Source of the DNA: Flavobacteriales bacterium
GTDB taxonomy: Bacteria; Bacteroidota; Bacteroidia; Palsa-965
NCBI GenBank assembly: GCA_040377305.1
Contig: JBEIPA010000006.1
Location: forward strand, 128,001 to 192,000
DNA: 64,000 bases
Direction of reading: 5' to 3'
The position numbers and the translations under genes were made by a program. Positions within the stretch are counted from its first letter, which is position 1, and each line of letters begins with the position of its first letter. This document shows, piece by piece, positions 1-9,942 of the stretch. Under the pieces are notes generated by a model, which ran no database searches, had not been told where the DNA came from, and saw only the letters and a list, made by a program, of their open reading frames with translations.

Positions 1-25
1 TAATGTGCTCCGGTTAAATCTATAC

Positions 26-1186
26 TTACTCTGTAGTCCAACCGACAACTGAACAAAGATCGCTATCTCCGGTGGTTTTCCACTTAGAAGTTTCGCCCGA
101 CCAGTATGCAGCGCCCTGAAGGTAGTGTTCCGACTCCATAACGATTTCGAAAGGGAATGAAATTCCGTCTTCGGTAGTGACTGCAAGCTTTGGTGTACAA
201 AAGTAGTAACCAATGGATGATCCGTTGTGTTTAATTTCATTGCCTTTGCCTGCGGTTTCTTCCATCGCAATTTCGAATCCATGACCGACTTTGAAGTATT
301 TCATCTCCTCTACCTCGTTCTTTTTCGTGTCGATGCGGAAATAACCGCGTGAGCAGTTGTAAACTACATTGCCGTCGAGGTCTGTAAGAAACTCGGTGTA
401 CTTTCTATTCTCTGGTAACTGATCAATCACGCCAACTTTCACTTGCTCGTGCGTGACGTAATTGACCTTGTAAATTGTGGCTACTGTGTGAAGTGAATTG
501 TAGTAGGGGTAGACAAACGTGACGTTATCAATCCAGAACATCGGCAAGTGCGCCTTACCGCCGGGAATGAGCGCATAATCTTCGCCATAGCCAGCATCCT
601 TCACCACTTCCACTTTCGGCTTTGATGCGGGATAATACCAGATCTTGTAATTGCGCTGAGAGCAATCTGTTTCCACACCGGCACCGGGAAGCGGATTGTA
701 ATCGGGATGTGCTGCTTGAGCGTACGCACCGGTTTTCAGATCGAGGATGGAGAAAAATTTTCCGCGAGCAATATCATTGGTGTAAATCACAATGCTGTCG
801 CCGGAAGCTTTTACAAACTGATCGTGTGTGTCGACCAAAACTTTTTTGCCGATCATATCAATCACCTGTCCGTACGCCGTGATGATATAACGGTTATTGT
901 AAATCTGGTTTCTTCCGAGATCAAAACGAATGCGCGGAACTTTGTCGCCAGCTTGCTGAATGACAACATCCATTATTTTTTCGCGTGCGCCGGGAATTCC
1001 GTCTGTGAAAGGAATGCGTACAATGTGAACCGTGTGATTGGCTGCAGCCGCAACATCGTATTCAGCTACAATGAGAAAACGCTTCTTACCTGCGGGAAGG
1101 AGATTCATCCCGAAAGAAATCAGAACCGCCCCCGTGAAAAGGCAAGCGACGATTTTTGAAACTGTTTTCCTGCCGAAGCTGAACAT
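26..1186 (-). CDS. Hypothetical exported/membrane-anchored protein
   Basis: Long ORF. ATG at 1186 directly follows the pepA stop. N-terminal basic plus hydrophobic segment; no recognisable catalytic motif. Confidence 0.7.
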   Translation of the reverse strand: MFSFGRKTVSKIVACLFTGAVLISFGMNLLPAGKKRFLIVAEYDVAAAANHTVHIVRIPFTDGIPGAREKIMDVVIQQAGDKVPRIRFDLGRNQIYNNRYIITAYGQVIDMIGKKVLVDTHDQFVKASGDSIVIYTNDIARGKFFSILDLKTGAYAQAAHPDYNPLPGAGVETDCSQRNYKIWYYPASKPKVEVVKDAGYGEDYALIPGGKAHLPMFWIDNVTFVYPYYNSLHTVATIYKVNYVTHEQVKVGVIDQLPENRKYTEFLTDLDGNVVYNCSRGYFRIDTKKNEVEEMKYFKVGHGFEIAMEETAGKGNEIKHNGSSIGYYFCTPKLAVTTEDGISFPFEIVMESEHYLQGAAYWSGETSKWKTTGDSDLCSVVGWTTE

Positions 1187-1187
1187 T

Positions 1188-2624
1188 CTATCCTTTGTAG
1201 TCGGAGAGGAAGTCAATCATGAGACGAACTCCAACTCCTGTTCCACCTTTTGTACGATACGCATCTTTCGCTGTGATGAAGGCCGGCCCTGCAATGTCGA
1301 AGTGTACCCACGGAGCTTTCACAAAGTGTGCCAGAAACTTGCCGGCAGTAATTGCACCCGCATAACTACCGCCAAGATTTTTGATGTCAGCAACGGAAGA
1401 GATTATGTCTTCACCGTATTCATCCCAGAATGGAAATTCAGCAAGACGTTCGTGAACACGCAAGCCGCTCAGATCGAGTGATTTTTTCACGGCAGCAGCT
1501 GCAGTTCCCATGGAAACAATTCCGTGTGGACCAATAGCGACCATCGCCGCTCCAGTGAGTGTTGCGAAATCCATCACCAGTCCTGGTTCGAATTTCTCTG
1601 CGTATGCAAGTGCATCAGCGAGAATCAATCGTCCTTCTGCATCTGTATTGAGTACTTCAACAGTCTTGCCGTTATACATCGTAATTACATCGCCAGCGAC
1701 ATAAGCGTTTCCGTTGATACGATTATCCGTTGCAGGAACAATTCCAATGACGTGAACATTAAGCTTCGCTTTCGCGATTGCCCACATGGTAGCACCAACT
1801 GCAGCGGCACCAGCCATGTCGCACTTCATCGTTTCCATTCCGGTACCCACTTTTACGTTGTATCCGCCTGTATCGTACACGACGCCTTTTCCAACCAACA
1901 CCACAGGTTTCTTGTTGCGTGGACGAGCAGGTTTGTGTTCCATGATGGTGAACGTAGGAGGAAGATCGCTGCCTTTGTTCACAGCAAGTAATCCGCCCAT
2001 TTTCAAAGCGGTGATCTTTGCTTTGTTGAGTACTTCCACTCTGAAGCCTGCATCTTTTCCGAGTCTTTTGAATTCATCGGAAAGTGCTTCGGCGCTGAGC
2101 GTAATTACTGGTTCGTTCACGAGATCGCGTGCAATAAACGTCGCTTCCACAGAGATGCGGAGTGCGTTTACCTGTTGTTCATTCAATCCCGTTCCAACGA
2201 GTGTAATCAGATCGAGTGAATTTTTCTCTTTCTCGCCGCCATTCGATTTATACTTGAGGAACTGATAATTCGAAAGAAGAATTCCTTCTGCAACCAACAG
2301 GAGATGTTCGTTGTTCGCTGTCGAATCGGCCACTTCAACCGAATCGCATTTGTTGTCGTTGAAGTATGGAATAAGAGCAGCGCCCGCTTTGCGAAGACTT
2401 TCAGCAAGCTTGTTTCGCTCTGTTTTCTTGTCTTTGAAAATTACGACGAGGCATCCCTGCGGCGTTGTGATTGAGACCGACTTGCGTTCATTTGCCGCAG
2501 CATTGCGGAAATAGTCGATATCTGTTGCGGAAAGGTTGAATTTCTTCAGCTCATCGGCGTTCGAACATACAATTACAAGGCATTTGCTGTCCGAAAGCTT
2601 AGCCGCGCGTTTAATGACCGTCAT
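1188..2624 (-). CDS. pepA: Leucyl aminopeptidase, peptidase M17
   Basis: M17 motifs VGKGVVYDTGG, MKCDMAGAA and NTDAEGRL. Confidence 0.95.
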   Translation of the reverse strand: MTVIKRAAKLSDSKCLVIVCSNADELKKFNLSATDIDYFRNAAANERKSVSITTPQGCLVVIFKDKKTERNKLAESLRKAGAALIPYFNDNKCDSVEVADSTANNEHLLLVAEGILLSNYQFLKYKSNGGEKEKNSLDLITLVGTGLNEQQVNALRISVEATFIARDLVNEPVITLSAEALSDEFKRLGKDAGFRVEVLNKAKITALKMGGLLAVNKGSDLPPTFTIMEHKPARPRNKKPVVLVGKGVVYDTGGYNVKVGTGMETMKCDMAGAAAVGATMWAIAKAKLNVHVIGIVPATDNRINGNAYVAGDVITMYNGKTVEVLNTDAEGRLILADALAYAEKFEPGLVMDFATLTGAAMVAIGPHGIVSMGTAAAAVKKSLDLSGLRVHERLAEFPFWDEYGEDIISSVADIKNLGGSYAGAITAGKFLAHFVKAPWVHFDIAGPAFITAKDAYRTKGGTGVGVRLMIDFLSDYKG

Positions 2625-2663
2625 GTTTACTAATTTTGCAGTGCTAAATGTAGGTAATTTGTG

Positions 2664-2759
2664 GTTGCCTGCGGCGCTTTACACGGCGACAAAGCGTAAC
2701 GGAGCCCGTTGTTTTCTACGTGGTTTCCTACGAGGAACGGTGGCTCGCTGAAGCGATCT
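2664..2759. repeat. Dispersed ~100-bp intergenic element, copy 1
   Basis: Shares GCCTGCGGCGCTyTACACGGCGrCAmAGCGwAACGG ... AACGG ... TCGC..GCGATCT with 11190-11290. Confidence 0.75.
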
Positions 2760-2782
2760 TAAACATCTGAATTTTGAACGAG

Positions 2783-3907
2783 ATGAATACTGGAGAATTA
2801 TTAAAACGAGGATTGAACCAGGAGTTTTTGACTGCTGAAGAGGGTGTTCATTTGTTTGAAAACGCTCCGACTACTGAGTTGATGTGGGTCGCGAATGAGC
2901 TCAGAAAACAGAAGAAGACAGACGGAAAAGTGACGTGGATTATCGATCGGAACGCCAATACCACTAATGTGTGTATTGCGAACTGCAAATTCTGCAATTT
3001 CTATCGTATTCCGGGCCACGCTGAATCGTATATCACCGACCTTGATACGTACAAACGCAAGATTGAAGAAACGTTCAAGTATGGCGGAGAACAGTTGTTA
3101 CTGCAAGGCGGACATCATCCTGATCTGGGATTGAAGTTCTATGCTGATTTGTTCCGAAACCTTAAGCAGATGTTTCCGAAACTGAAGTTGCATTCACTCG
3201 GACCTCCGGAGATTGCACACATCAGTAAACTGGAAGGAATGACTCACGCGCAAGTACTTTCTGCGTTGATGGAAGCCGGACTTGATTCATTGCCAGGCGC
3301 TGGTGCAGAAATTCTGAATGATCGTGTTCGTCGGTTGATTTCGAAAGGAAAATGTTCCGGTCGTGAGTGGCTCGATGTGATGCGCGCCGCACACAAACTT
3401 GGATTGACCACATCTGCGACAATGATGTTTGGTCATATAGAAACACATTACGAACGCTTCGAGCATCTCGTTTGGTTGCGACAGGTGCAGAGCGAGAAAC
3501 CAGAAAACGCAAAAGGTTTCTTAGCATTCATTCCCTGGCCGTTTCAGGATGACGGAACATTACTTCGTCGCGTGAAAGGCGTGAAGAACACCGTGACAGG
3601 TGATGAATACATCCGCATGATTGCGATGAGCAGAATCATGTTGCCGAATATTGAGAATATTCAGGCTTCGTGGTTGACTGTTGGAAAAGAAACAGCACAA
3701 ATGTGTTTGCATGCAGGTGCGAATGATTTCGGTTCTATCATGATTGAAGAGAACGTTGTTTCTGCCGCAGGTGCTCCGCATCGTTTCACGTACAAAGGAA
3801 TTATGTCGGCGATTGAAGAAGCGGGATTTGAACCGCAGTTGAGAACGCAGCAGTATGAATATCGTGAGCTGCCGAAAGATATTGTGGAGCAGGTTATTAA
3901 CTACTAG
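2783..3907 (+). CDS. mqnC: Cyclic dehypoxanthine futalosine synthase (radical SAM, CofH/MqnC family)
   Basis: IIDRNANTTNVCIANCKFCNF (CxxxCxxC), LLLQGGHHP, PGAGAEIL, SATMMFGH, NIQASW, GANDFGS. Confidence 0.9.
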   Translation: MNTGELLKRGLNQEFLTAEEGVHLFENAPTTELMWVANELRKQKKTDGKVTWIIDRNANTTNVCIANCKFCNFYRIPGHAESYITDLDTYKRKIEETFKYGGEQLLLQGGHHPDLGLKFYADLFRNLKQMFPKLKLHSLGPPEIAHISKLEGMTHAQVLSALMEAGLDSLPGAGAEILNDRVRRLISKGKCSGREWLDVMRAAHKLGLTTSATMMFGHIETHYERFEHLVWLRQVQSEKPENAKGFLAFIPWPFQDDGTLLRRVKGVKNTVTGDEYIRMIAMSRIMLPNIENIQASWLTVGKETAQMCLHAGANDFGSIMIEENVVSAAGAPHRFTYKGIMSAIEEAGFEPQLRTQQYEYRELPKDIVEQVINY

Positions 3908-3964
3908 ACGGGAGACGGGAGACGGGAGACGGGAGACGGGAGACGGGAGACGGGAGACGGGAGA
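3906..3964 (+). repeat. Perfect heptamer tandem repeat (AGACGGG) x8 plus AGA
   Basis: Directly visible, starting at the mqnC stop codon. Confidence 0.97.
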
Positions 3965-3994
3965 AAATATTATTACTTCATACTAACCGACATC

Positions 3995-4534
3995 GTGCGA
4001 ATAATTATTCCCTTTTTGGTTTTCCTCTTGGCAGGATGTAGCGTGACAGTTCCGGATTACACATCTGCAGAAGAAGACAATCTTTCGCCGTGGATTGATG
4101 TGTATGGTGATACGATGAAAGACTTTGCAATCTATGTTACGTATTCGGACGGAGTAGTTGTTGCGTCGATTTCGGGATACGCACATCCGGACAGCATAAA
4201 TGTCATTGAGGATATTGATGTTTCGATAACGGAGTTCAGTGATCAGGACCCTACACTCATGATTTGCTACGGCGTTTTTCCAGGCACAACGAACGAGTAT
4301 ATCGAATCACGCGATTACAGCTCAGTTGCAGACAGCGTCGTTGCGGGTTGCGACACGCTTGATGGAGATCAGATTGATTTTCAAATGACACGAACATATT
4401 CCGCGCTACAAGACAAGCTCCCCGAAACACTCGAGTTGAATTACGAGGTGAAAACTATTTACGGCAGTAAAACAGGGAAGCATGTTTTCAGGAAATATGA
4501 GAAAGAGTACGAGCAGGTGATGCGATTACATTAG
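3995..4534 (+). CDS. Hypothetical lipoprotein
   Basis: GTG start, signal peptide ending in LAGC lipobox, acidic body. Confidence 0.75.
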   Translation: MRIIIPFLVFLLAGCSVTVPDYTSAEEDNLSPWIDVYGDTMKDFAIYVTYSDGVVVASISGYAHPDSINVIEDIDVSITEFSDQDPTLMICYGVFPGTTNEYIESRDYSSVADSVVAGCDTLDGDQIDFQMTRTYSALQDKLPETLELNYEVKTIYGSKTGKHVFRKYEKEYEQVMRLH

Positions 4535-4569
4535 TGCGTGATCCTGAGACCTAAGATTGTAGCTTAAAT

Positions 4570-4599
4570 TTTGCCGCAGATTCGCAGATTCCGCAGATT
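4570..4599. repeat. Short tripartite CGCAGATT repeat element, copy 1
   Basis: TTTGCCGCAGATTCGCAGATTCCGCAGATT; 29 of 30 nt identical to 9906-9935. Confidence 0.8.
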
Positions 4600-4665
4600 G
4601 ATAAATTAAAGAAGAGTGTCTGTAATCGTAGTCTTTTCCTAACATATTGCTCTGGGATTTTGACT

Positions 4666-4673
4666 TACATTTG
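4666..4673 (+). promoter_or_regulatory. Bacteroidota -7 promoter element
   Basis: TACATTTG matches TAnnTTTG, upstream of the 4754 start. Confidence 0.5.
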
Positions 4674-4753
4674 CACTGCAAACAAAATACTTTCGTGTAA
4701 TCCTGACGTTCACAGTCGCGATTCACGAATTCAAACGCTGAAAATAAACTGTT

Positions 4754-6256
4754 ATGATTAAACGACTACTGGTGCCAGCATTTTTGCTGATCAGCGCTGC
4801 TGCAAGTGCACAGTGCAATGATTTGTTCTTCTCTGAATACCTGGAAGGGGCGAGCAACAACAAAGCCATTGAAATTTACAATCCGACATCATCGGCTATC
4901 AATCTCACAGATTATGTGATTTACCGTTACAACAACGGATCTCCAACACCAACAGACTCTTTGTTTCCACTAGACATTCTTGCTGCGGGAGATGTTTGGG
5001 TTGCCGGAAATCCATCCGCTGTTGCCGCGATATTGAGTGAGTCGGATACGCTGCACACCATCACCTTCTTCAATGGTGATGATGCGCTGAGCCTGAAGAA
5101 AATTTCATCAAACACGGTGCTTGATATCATTGGCATAATCGGCGTTGATCCCGGCACCAATTGGCCTGTAGGTACAGGGGCTACCAGTGAATTCACGCTG
5201 ACCCGTATGATCGGAACTCAGCAGGGAAATTTAACATGGTCGACTGCAGCCACTGAGTATAATGTGCACCCGCAAAATACTTTCGATTCACTTGGATTTC
5301 ATACAATGACATCTTGCTGTGTTGCACCAACACTGCAACTTTTGACACAGGTTGATGTTTTGTGCAATGGTGGCAATGACGGGTCGATTCAGGTGAACGC
5401 AACAGGTTCAGGTCCTATCACTTTCTCATGGGTGAATCGTCCGGAAACAACTCCATTTCTCACGGGGATACCTGTAGGCACCTATTCTGCCGTAGCTACA
5501 GGAGCATGCGGTGCAGATACTATGACGTTTACAATTAGTGAACCAGCGTTGTTAACGCAAACACTTACGGCGTCGACTCCATCAGGATGCACATTGGCTG
5601 ACGGCTCACTTACAGTAACTCCTAGCGGCGGAACACCAGGTTATACGTATATGTGGTCAAACGGATGGATAACTGCAACGACTTTCGGTTTGAACGCAGG
5701 CATCTATACTTGCACCGTAACATGCGCAAACGGATGTACAAGTGTTGAGACGTATACGGTTCAGAATACACCACCACCAACTGTGAATGTTTCATTGAAC
5801 CTTGATACAGCGTGCACGAGCTCAGTAAGCATTGCACTTTCAGGAGGTTCACCAGCCGGTGGTGTTTATTCAGGTGTAGATGTAACCGGAGACTCTGTGT
5901 TCACGCCAAACATCGTTGGATACAGTGTGGTGACTTACACATTCACTGACACTAACGGTTGTACTGCTTCTGCAATGGACAGCGTTTGGGTGGATGGTTG
6001 CATGAGCATTGGCGAAATTGCTTCGAATGACTTCCTGCTTTCACCAAATCCATTCACGGATGTGTTGACGATCCAGTTTGCAGGTAGTGATAATGTCGTT
6101 TCCATTTTCAACATGCAGGGTCAACTGGTGTATAGTGAGAACACGCCTGGAACTACATCACGAATTTCACTGGCGCAATTGCCTGCCGGAGTTTACACGA
6201 TTCAGGTTGTAAATGCGAATGGCGTTGTAACGAAGAAGATACAGAAGGCTGATTAA
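4754..6256 (+). CDS. T9SS type A cargo protein with lamin-tail domain and SprB-like repeats
   Basis: LFFSEYLEGASNNKAIEIYNP (lamin-tail domain), CNGGNDGSI and SGGTPGYTYMWSNG repeats, C-terminal SPNP...GVYTIQV...KKIQK sorting domain. Confidence 0.85.
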   Translation: MIKRLLVPAFLLISAAASAQCNDLFFSEYLEGASNNKAIEIYNPTSSAINLTDYVIYRYNNGSPTPTDSLFPLDILAAGDVWVAGNPSAVAAILSESDTLHTITFFNGDDALSLKKISSNTVLDIIGIIGVDPGTNWPVGTGATSEFTLTRMIGTQQGNLTWSTAATEYNVHPQNTFDSLGFHTMTSCCVAPTLQLLTQVDVLCNGGNDGSIQVNATGSGPITFSWVNRPETTPFLTGIPVGTYSAVATGACGADTMTFTISEPALLTQTLTASTPSGCTLADGSLTVTPSGGTPGYTYMWSNGWITATTFGLNAGIYTCTVTCANGCTSVETYTVQNTPPPTVNVSLNLDTACTSSVSIALSGGSPAGGVYSGVDVTGDSVFTPNIVGYSVVTYTFTDTNGCTASAMDSVWVDGCMSIGEIASNDFLLSPNPFTDVLTIQFAGSDNVVSIFNMQGQLVYSENTPGTTSRISLAQLPAGVYTIQVVNANGVVTKKIQKAD

Positions 6257-6278
6257 TCAGTTTTCACACTCATACAAA

Positions 6279-6307
6279 GAAAGGCTCGGTGAAAATCGGG
6301 CCTTTCT
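6279..6307 (+). terminator. Probable intrinsic terminator
   Basis: AGAAAGGCTCG-loop-CGGGCCTTTCT hairpin after the 6256 stop. Confidence 0.6.
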
Positions 6308-6361
6308 AATTAGTTGATGAGCGAATTAGTTGATTAGTTGATGGTAGAGTATATTTGAGAA

Positions 6362-7711
6362 GTGACTACTAATCAAAGCCTTCCTCTCTCCAAGCAAATC
6401 GCGTACGCCTTCGGCATGATGGGATGGGGAATTATGATCAACCTGATCAGTGTGATCATTGTTTATTTGTACGTACCACCGGATGCAAGTGGGTTACCGA
6501 CATTAATTACTCAAGCAACAATCTTCGGAATATTCAATGTGATAGCGATTATTACGGCGAGTGGTCGATTGATAGATGCGGTGTATGATCCATTCATTGC
6601 GCAGTTCAGTGATCAGAGTAAAAATCCAAAGGGAAGAAGAATTCCGATTATGAAATGGGCGATCATTCCTTCGTTCATTTTTTGCGTCCTTGTGTTTTAT
6701 CCCCTGACAGATACGGAGAGCACAACCAACATTGTATGGCTGGTTATAACGCTTGTGCTGTTCTATGTTTCTTCCACGAGCTACATTATTCCGTACAATG
6801 CGTTGTTACCCGAACTTGCTCATGATTCTGCGTCGCAGGTGAAATTAGCAACATGGCAATCGGTTGGATATGTTGTTGGTATCGGAGTAGCATCGAATGC
6901 ATTCAATCTGACCGATGTTCTTCATGTGGGACTTGACATGAGCTCGCGACTGAATGCCCTGCAACTTACTGTTGTAATTCTAGCAGCAATTGGAGCTGTT
7001 TGTATGCTAATTCCGGTTCTTGCGATTGATGAGCGAAAATACGGATCTAAGAAACCACACGCTGTGCCGATGCGGGAAGCCTTGCGGGAAACACTGACGA
7101 ACAGAAATTTTCTATTATTCGTAGTTGCCGATTTTTCGTATTTCATCAGCGTAACGTTAATTACGTCCGGTCTGCTCTATTTCGTAAAAGTGCTGTTGCA
7201 GTTGCCTGAATCGCTTGGGAATAAACTGATGATTACGATGGTCCTGGTTTCGTTCCTGTTCTATCCCGTTACCAACATCTTAGCTGGTAAAATCGGAAAG
7301 AAGAAAATCGTTCTTGCGTCGCTACTTTTGCTTTCCGGCATTTTTCTGGGTGTGTATTTTCTGGGGCGATCCGATCTTGATCCGTACGTTCAGATATTCG
7401 GATTGATTGCGTTGGCGGCTATTCCATTTGCTGCGTTGAATATTTTACCGAATGCAATTCTTGCGGAGATCATTCAGAAAGACATTGAAGAAAGTGGTGA
7501 GAATAAAGAAGCGGTATTTTTCGCTGTGCGATACTTCTTCGTGAAGATTGCGCAGACATTCGGCATTGCTTTGTTCTCCATGTTTCTGATTTATGGTAAG
7601 GATGTTGGAGATGATGCTGGAATCCGGATGAATGGATTGTTGGGCTGTGGATTGTGTCTGCTTGCTGCGCTGGTGTTTACGCGGTTTCGTGAGAAGAAAG
7701 ATAATGGCTGA
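6362..7711 (+). CDS. MFS transporter, GPH/MelB-like
   Basis: About 12 hydrophobic segments; DAVYDPFIAQFSD..GRRIP and PYNALLPEL motifs. Confidence 0.88.
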   Translation: MTTNQSLPLSKQIAYAFGMMGWGIMINLISVIIVYLYVPPDASGLPTLITQATIFGIFNVIAIITASGRLIDAVYDPFIAQFSDQSKNPKGRRIPIMKWAIIPSFIFCVLVFYPLTDTESTTNIVWLVITLVLFYVSSTSYIIPYNALLPELAHDSASQVKLATWQSVGYVVGIGVASNAFNLTDVLHVGLDMSSRLNALQLTVVILAAIGAVCMLIPVLAIDERKYGSKKPHAVPMREALRETLTNRNFLLFVVADFSYFISVTLITSGLLYFVKVLLQLPESLGNKLMITMVLVSFLFYPVTNILAGKIGKKKIVLASLLLLSGIFLGVYFLGRSDLDPYVQIFGLIALAAIPFAALNILPNAILAEIIQKDIEESGENKEAVFFAVRYFFVKIAQTFGIALFSMFLIYGKDVGDDAGIRMNGLLGCGLCLLAALVFTRFREKKDNG

Positions 7712-7838
7712 CATCCGTTGCAGAATGGTACGCTGAAAGAACGGAAAATACAGATCAAAACGGATTTGTGAGAACCAGGATCGTGGCTTCAAATTTTAAC
7801 CGCAAAGTCGCAGAGGCGCAAAGTCAAAGCAAAGAAAT

Positions 7839-9071
7839 TTATCGCGTAATATTATTCGGGCGGGCGTAAATCATTTGCATGACGTTGATATTACGCATAG
7901 CAAATGCAGCTTCGCAATAACACAAGTAATAATTCCACTTGCGGATGAATGCGTCGTCGAAGCCAAGTTTTTTTACGTTGGGAAGATTTGCATTGAAGCG
8001 ATCGCACCAGGTGTTGAGTGTACGCGCATAATGCAAGCCCATGTCCTTCAGATCGACGAGAGTTAAATCACCGGTTTTGTTGATGGCATCATTGAGTGCA
8101 CCAACTGAAGGGAGTAGTGATCCCGGGAAAATGTGTTTCTGAATCCAATCGACACCATGCCTGAGATTTTCGAAACGTGAGTCCGGACATGTGATGACCT
8201 GAATACCGAGAAGACCGTCCTTCTTCAGAAGTTCGTGGCACTTTTTGAAATACGGTTCGAGATATTCTGCGCCTACCGCTTCGAGCATTTCAATGGAAAC
8301 AATCTTGTCGAATTTGCCGGTGACCGTGCGATAATCCTGCACCACCACATTCACTTTGTCGGTGAGATTGTGTTGTGCTACGCGTTCTATGGCTAGCTTG
8401 TGCTGTTCTTCTGAAATTGTGACGGTCGTAACTTTGCAGCCATACTTAGATGCAATATGAATTGCGTTTCCGCCCCACCCGCTTCCGATTTCAAGAACGT
8501 GATCTGTCGGTTTCAATTTCAATTGCTGACACAGGCGGTCATATTTTTCATACTGCGCCTGTTCCAAATCGAAATTATCGTCTTTGAAATAAGCCGAGGA
8601 ATAGGTCATTGACGGATCCAGAAACAAAGCGAAGAAATCGTTGTTGAGATCGTAATGCGCTGAAATATTTTTTCGTGATCCTTTCACGCTATTCGAACGG
8701 CGTAAATGACGAACCGTGTTGAATGCTTTCAGAATATTCACAATTGCAGATTGAACAGAACTGCCCGAAACGCCCGGTACATTTTCCACATTCAGCAAAA
8801 ACCATTTGATAACATTGGTGATGTTGTCTGTTTCCCATTCGCCTTCAACGTATGCTTCACCAAATCCAACGTCACCATACAAAATACAACGCTTGAAGAA
8901 ATACTTGTCGTTGATTTTTACATTAGCAACAATCTGGCCTTCGCCGTTTCCAATAACTGTTTTCGACCCATCGGGAAATGTAACATTCAGCGTGCCGAGA
9001 TTCATGTTCTCGAGCAGCTTCATCACTTGTTTGTGATAAAAACCGGGCTGGTATGGTGTGTTCTTAGGCAT
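7839..9071 (-). CDS. cfa: Cyclopropane-fatty-acyl-phospholipid synthase family SAM methyltransferase
   Basis: NISAHYDLNN, DPSMTYSSAYF, VLEIGSGWGG, SIEMLEAVG, HIFPG, HYARTL. Confidence 0.9.
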   Translation of the reverse strand: MPKNTPYQPGFYHKQVMKLLENMNLGTLNVTFPDGSKTVIGNGEGQIVANVKINDKYFFKRCILYGDVGFGEAYVEGEWETDNITNVIKWFLLNVENVPGVSGSSVQSAIVNILKAFNTVRHLRRSNSVKGSRKNISAHYDLNNDFFALFLDPSMTYSSAYFKDDNFDLEQAQYEKYDRLCQQLKLKPTDHVLEIGSGWGGNAIHIASKYGCKVTTVTISEEQHKLAIERVAQHNLTDKVNVVVQDYRTVTGKFDKIVSIEMLEAVGAEYLEPYFKKCHELLKKDGLLGIQVITCPDSRFENLRHGVDWIQKHIFPGSLLPSVGALNDAINKTGDLTLVDLKDMGLHYARTLNTWCDRFNANLPNVKKLGFDDAFIRKWNYYLCYCEAAFAMRNINVMQMIYARPNNITR

Positions 9072-9863
9072 TTATTTGTCTCCGTATTTACGCATAACGT
9101 CGCGTTGCAGATTTGCGTGCGCGCCCTTTTTATGGAACGGAATCTTCTTGAACCATAATATTAAGGCATTCCAGTGAATCAAAAACATGATCTGTAACGG
9201 AATTATCGGGAAACGCAGGAAATACTTCAGCAAATTCCATCCAGAGAAGGCTTTACGATTTCCGGTGAGTGTGCTGATAAAAAATCGACGACCGTCTTTG
9301 ATGTCGTCAATACGGATATTTAGCTTCTCGCCGGGAACACCAACCACGAATTCAAAGTTTGCGTCGTGATCGATGAAAGGTGAAACGTAGAAATACTTGG
9401 TGGTGTTGAGGATGAATTTTTCGTCTTTCTTTTCAGTCACCAGATACGTTTTCATTTCACGATACGTGTTGCAGACTTCAACGATGGAGCAAACTACATT
9501 ATCGTTTTTGTCGTGACAGATGTAAAACGAAACCGGGTTAAAGTTGTAACCAAGCACCGCCATGTTAGTGAGCAACATGATTTTACCATCGGCGTTGTGA
9601 ATGCCGTTTTGCGCGAGATAATCGAGTATATGTTGTTTGGTATTCTTCGATTGATCCGGATTGTCGGCCGGCAGTTGCAGGTGTTCCCGATCGCGGTATG
9701 AAAAGAAGTTGAACTTGTTGCGGGAGAACATGAGGTGTTTCTTCGCAAGCCCATCGAGCTCATCCAGGTCAACGTAAAACATAAAGACGCTGTAATGAAA
9801 CCGATGAACCTTTGGTTCGAGGCGGTTGTGCATCACGAGGGCTTTATACAGGCAAGAATTCAA
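9072..9863 (-). CDS. DUF1365 family protein
   Basis: Probable TTG start giving MNSCLY..VMHNRL; FNPVSFY, EVCNT and KYFYVSPF motifs. Confidence 0.85.
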   Translation of the reverse strand: MNSCLYKALVMHNRLEPKVHRFHYSVFMFYVDLDELDGLAKKHLMFSRNKFNFFSYRDREHLQLPADNPDQSKNTKQHILDYLAQNGIHNADGKIMLLTNMAVLGYNFNPVSFYICHDKNDNVVCSIVEVCNTYREMKTYLVTEKKDEKFILNTTKYFYVSPFIDHDANFEFVVGVPGEKLNIRIDDIKDGRRFFISTLTGNRKAFSGWNLLKYFLRFPIIPLQIMFLIHWNALILWFKKIPFHKKGAHANLQRDVMRKYGDK

Positions 9864-9905
9864 GTTCGCTTTGTAGATGATTGCTGACCCGAATCTGGAC
9901 TTTTC

Positions 9906-9935
9906 TTTGCCGCAGATTCGCAGATTACGCAGATT
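9906..9935. repeat. Short tripartite CGCAGATT repeat element, copy 2
   Basis: TTTGCCGCAGATTCGCAGATTACGCAGATT, next to the 9943 stop codon. Confidence 0.8.
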
Positions 9936-9942
9936 AAAATTA

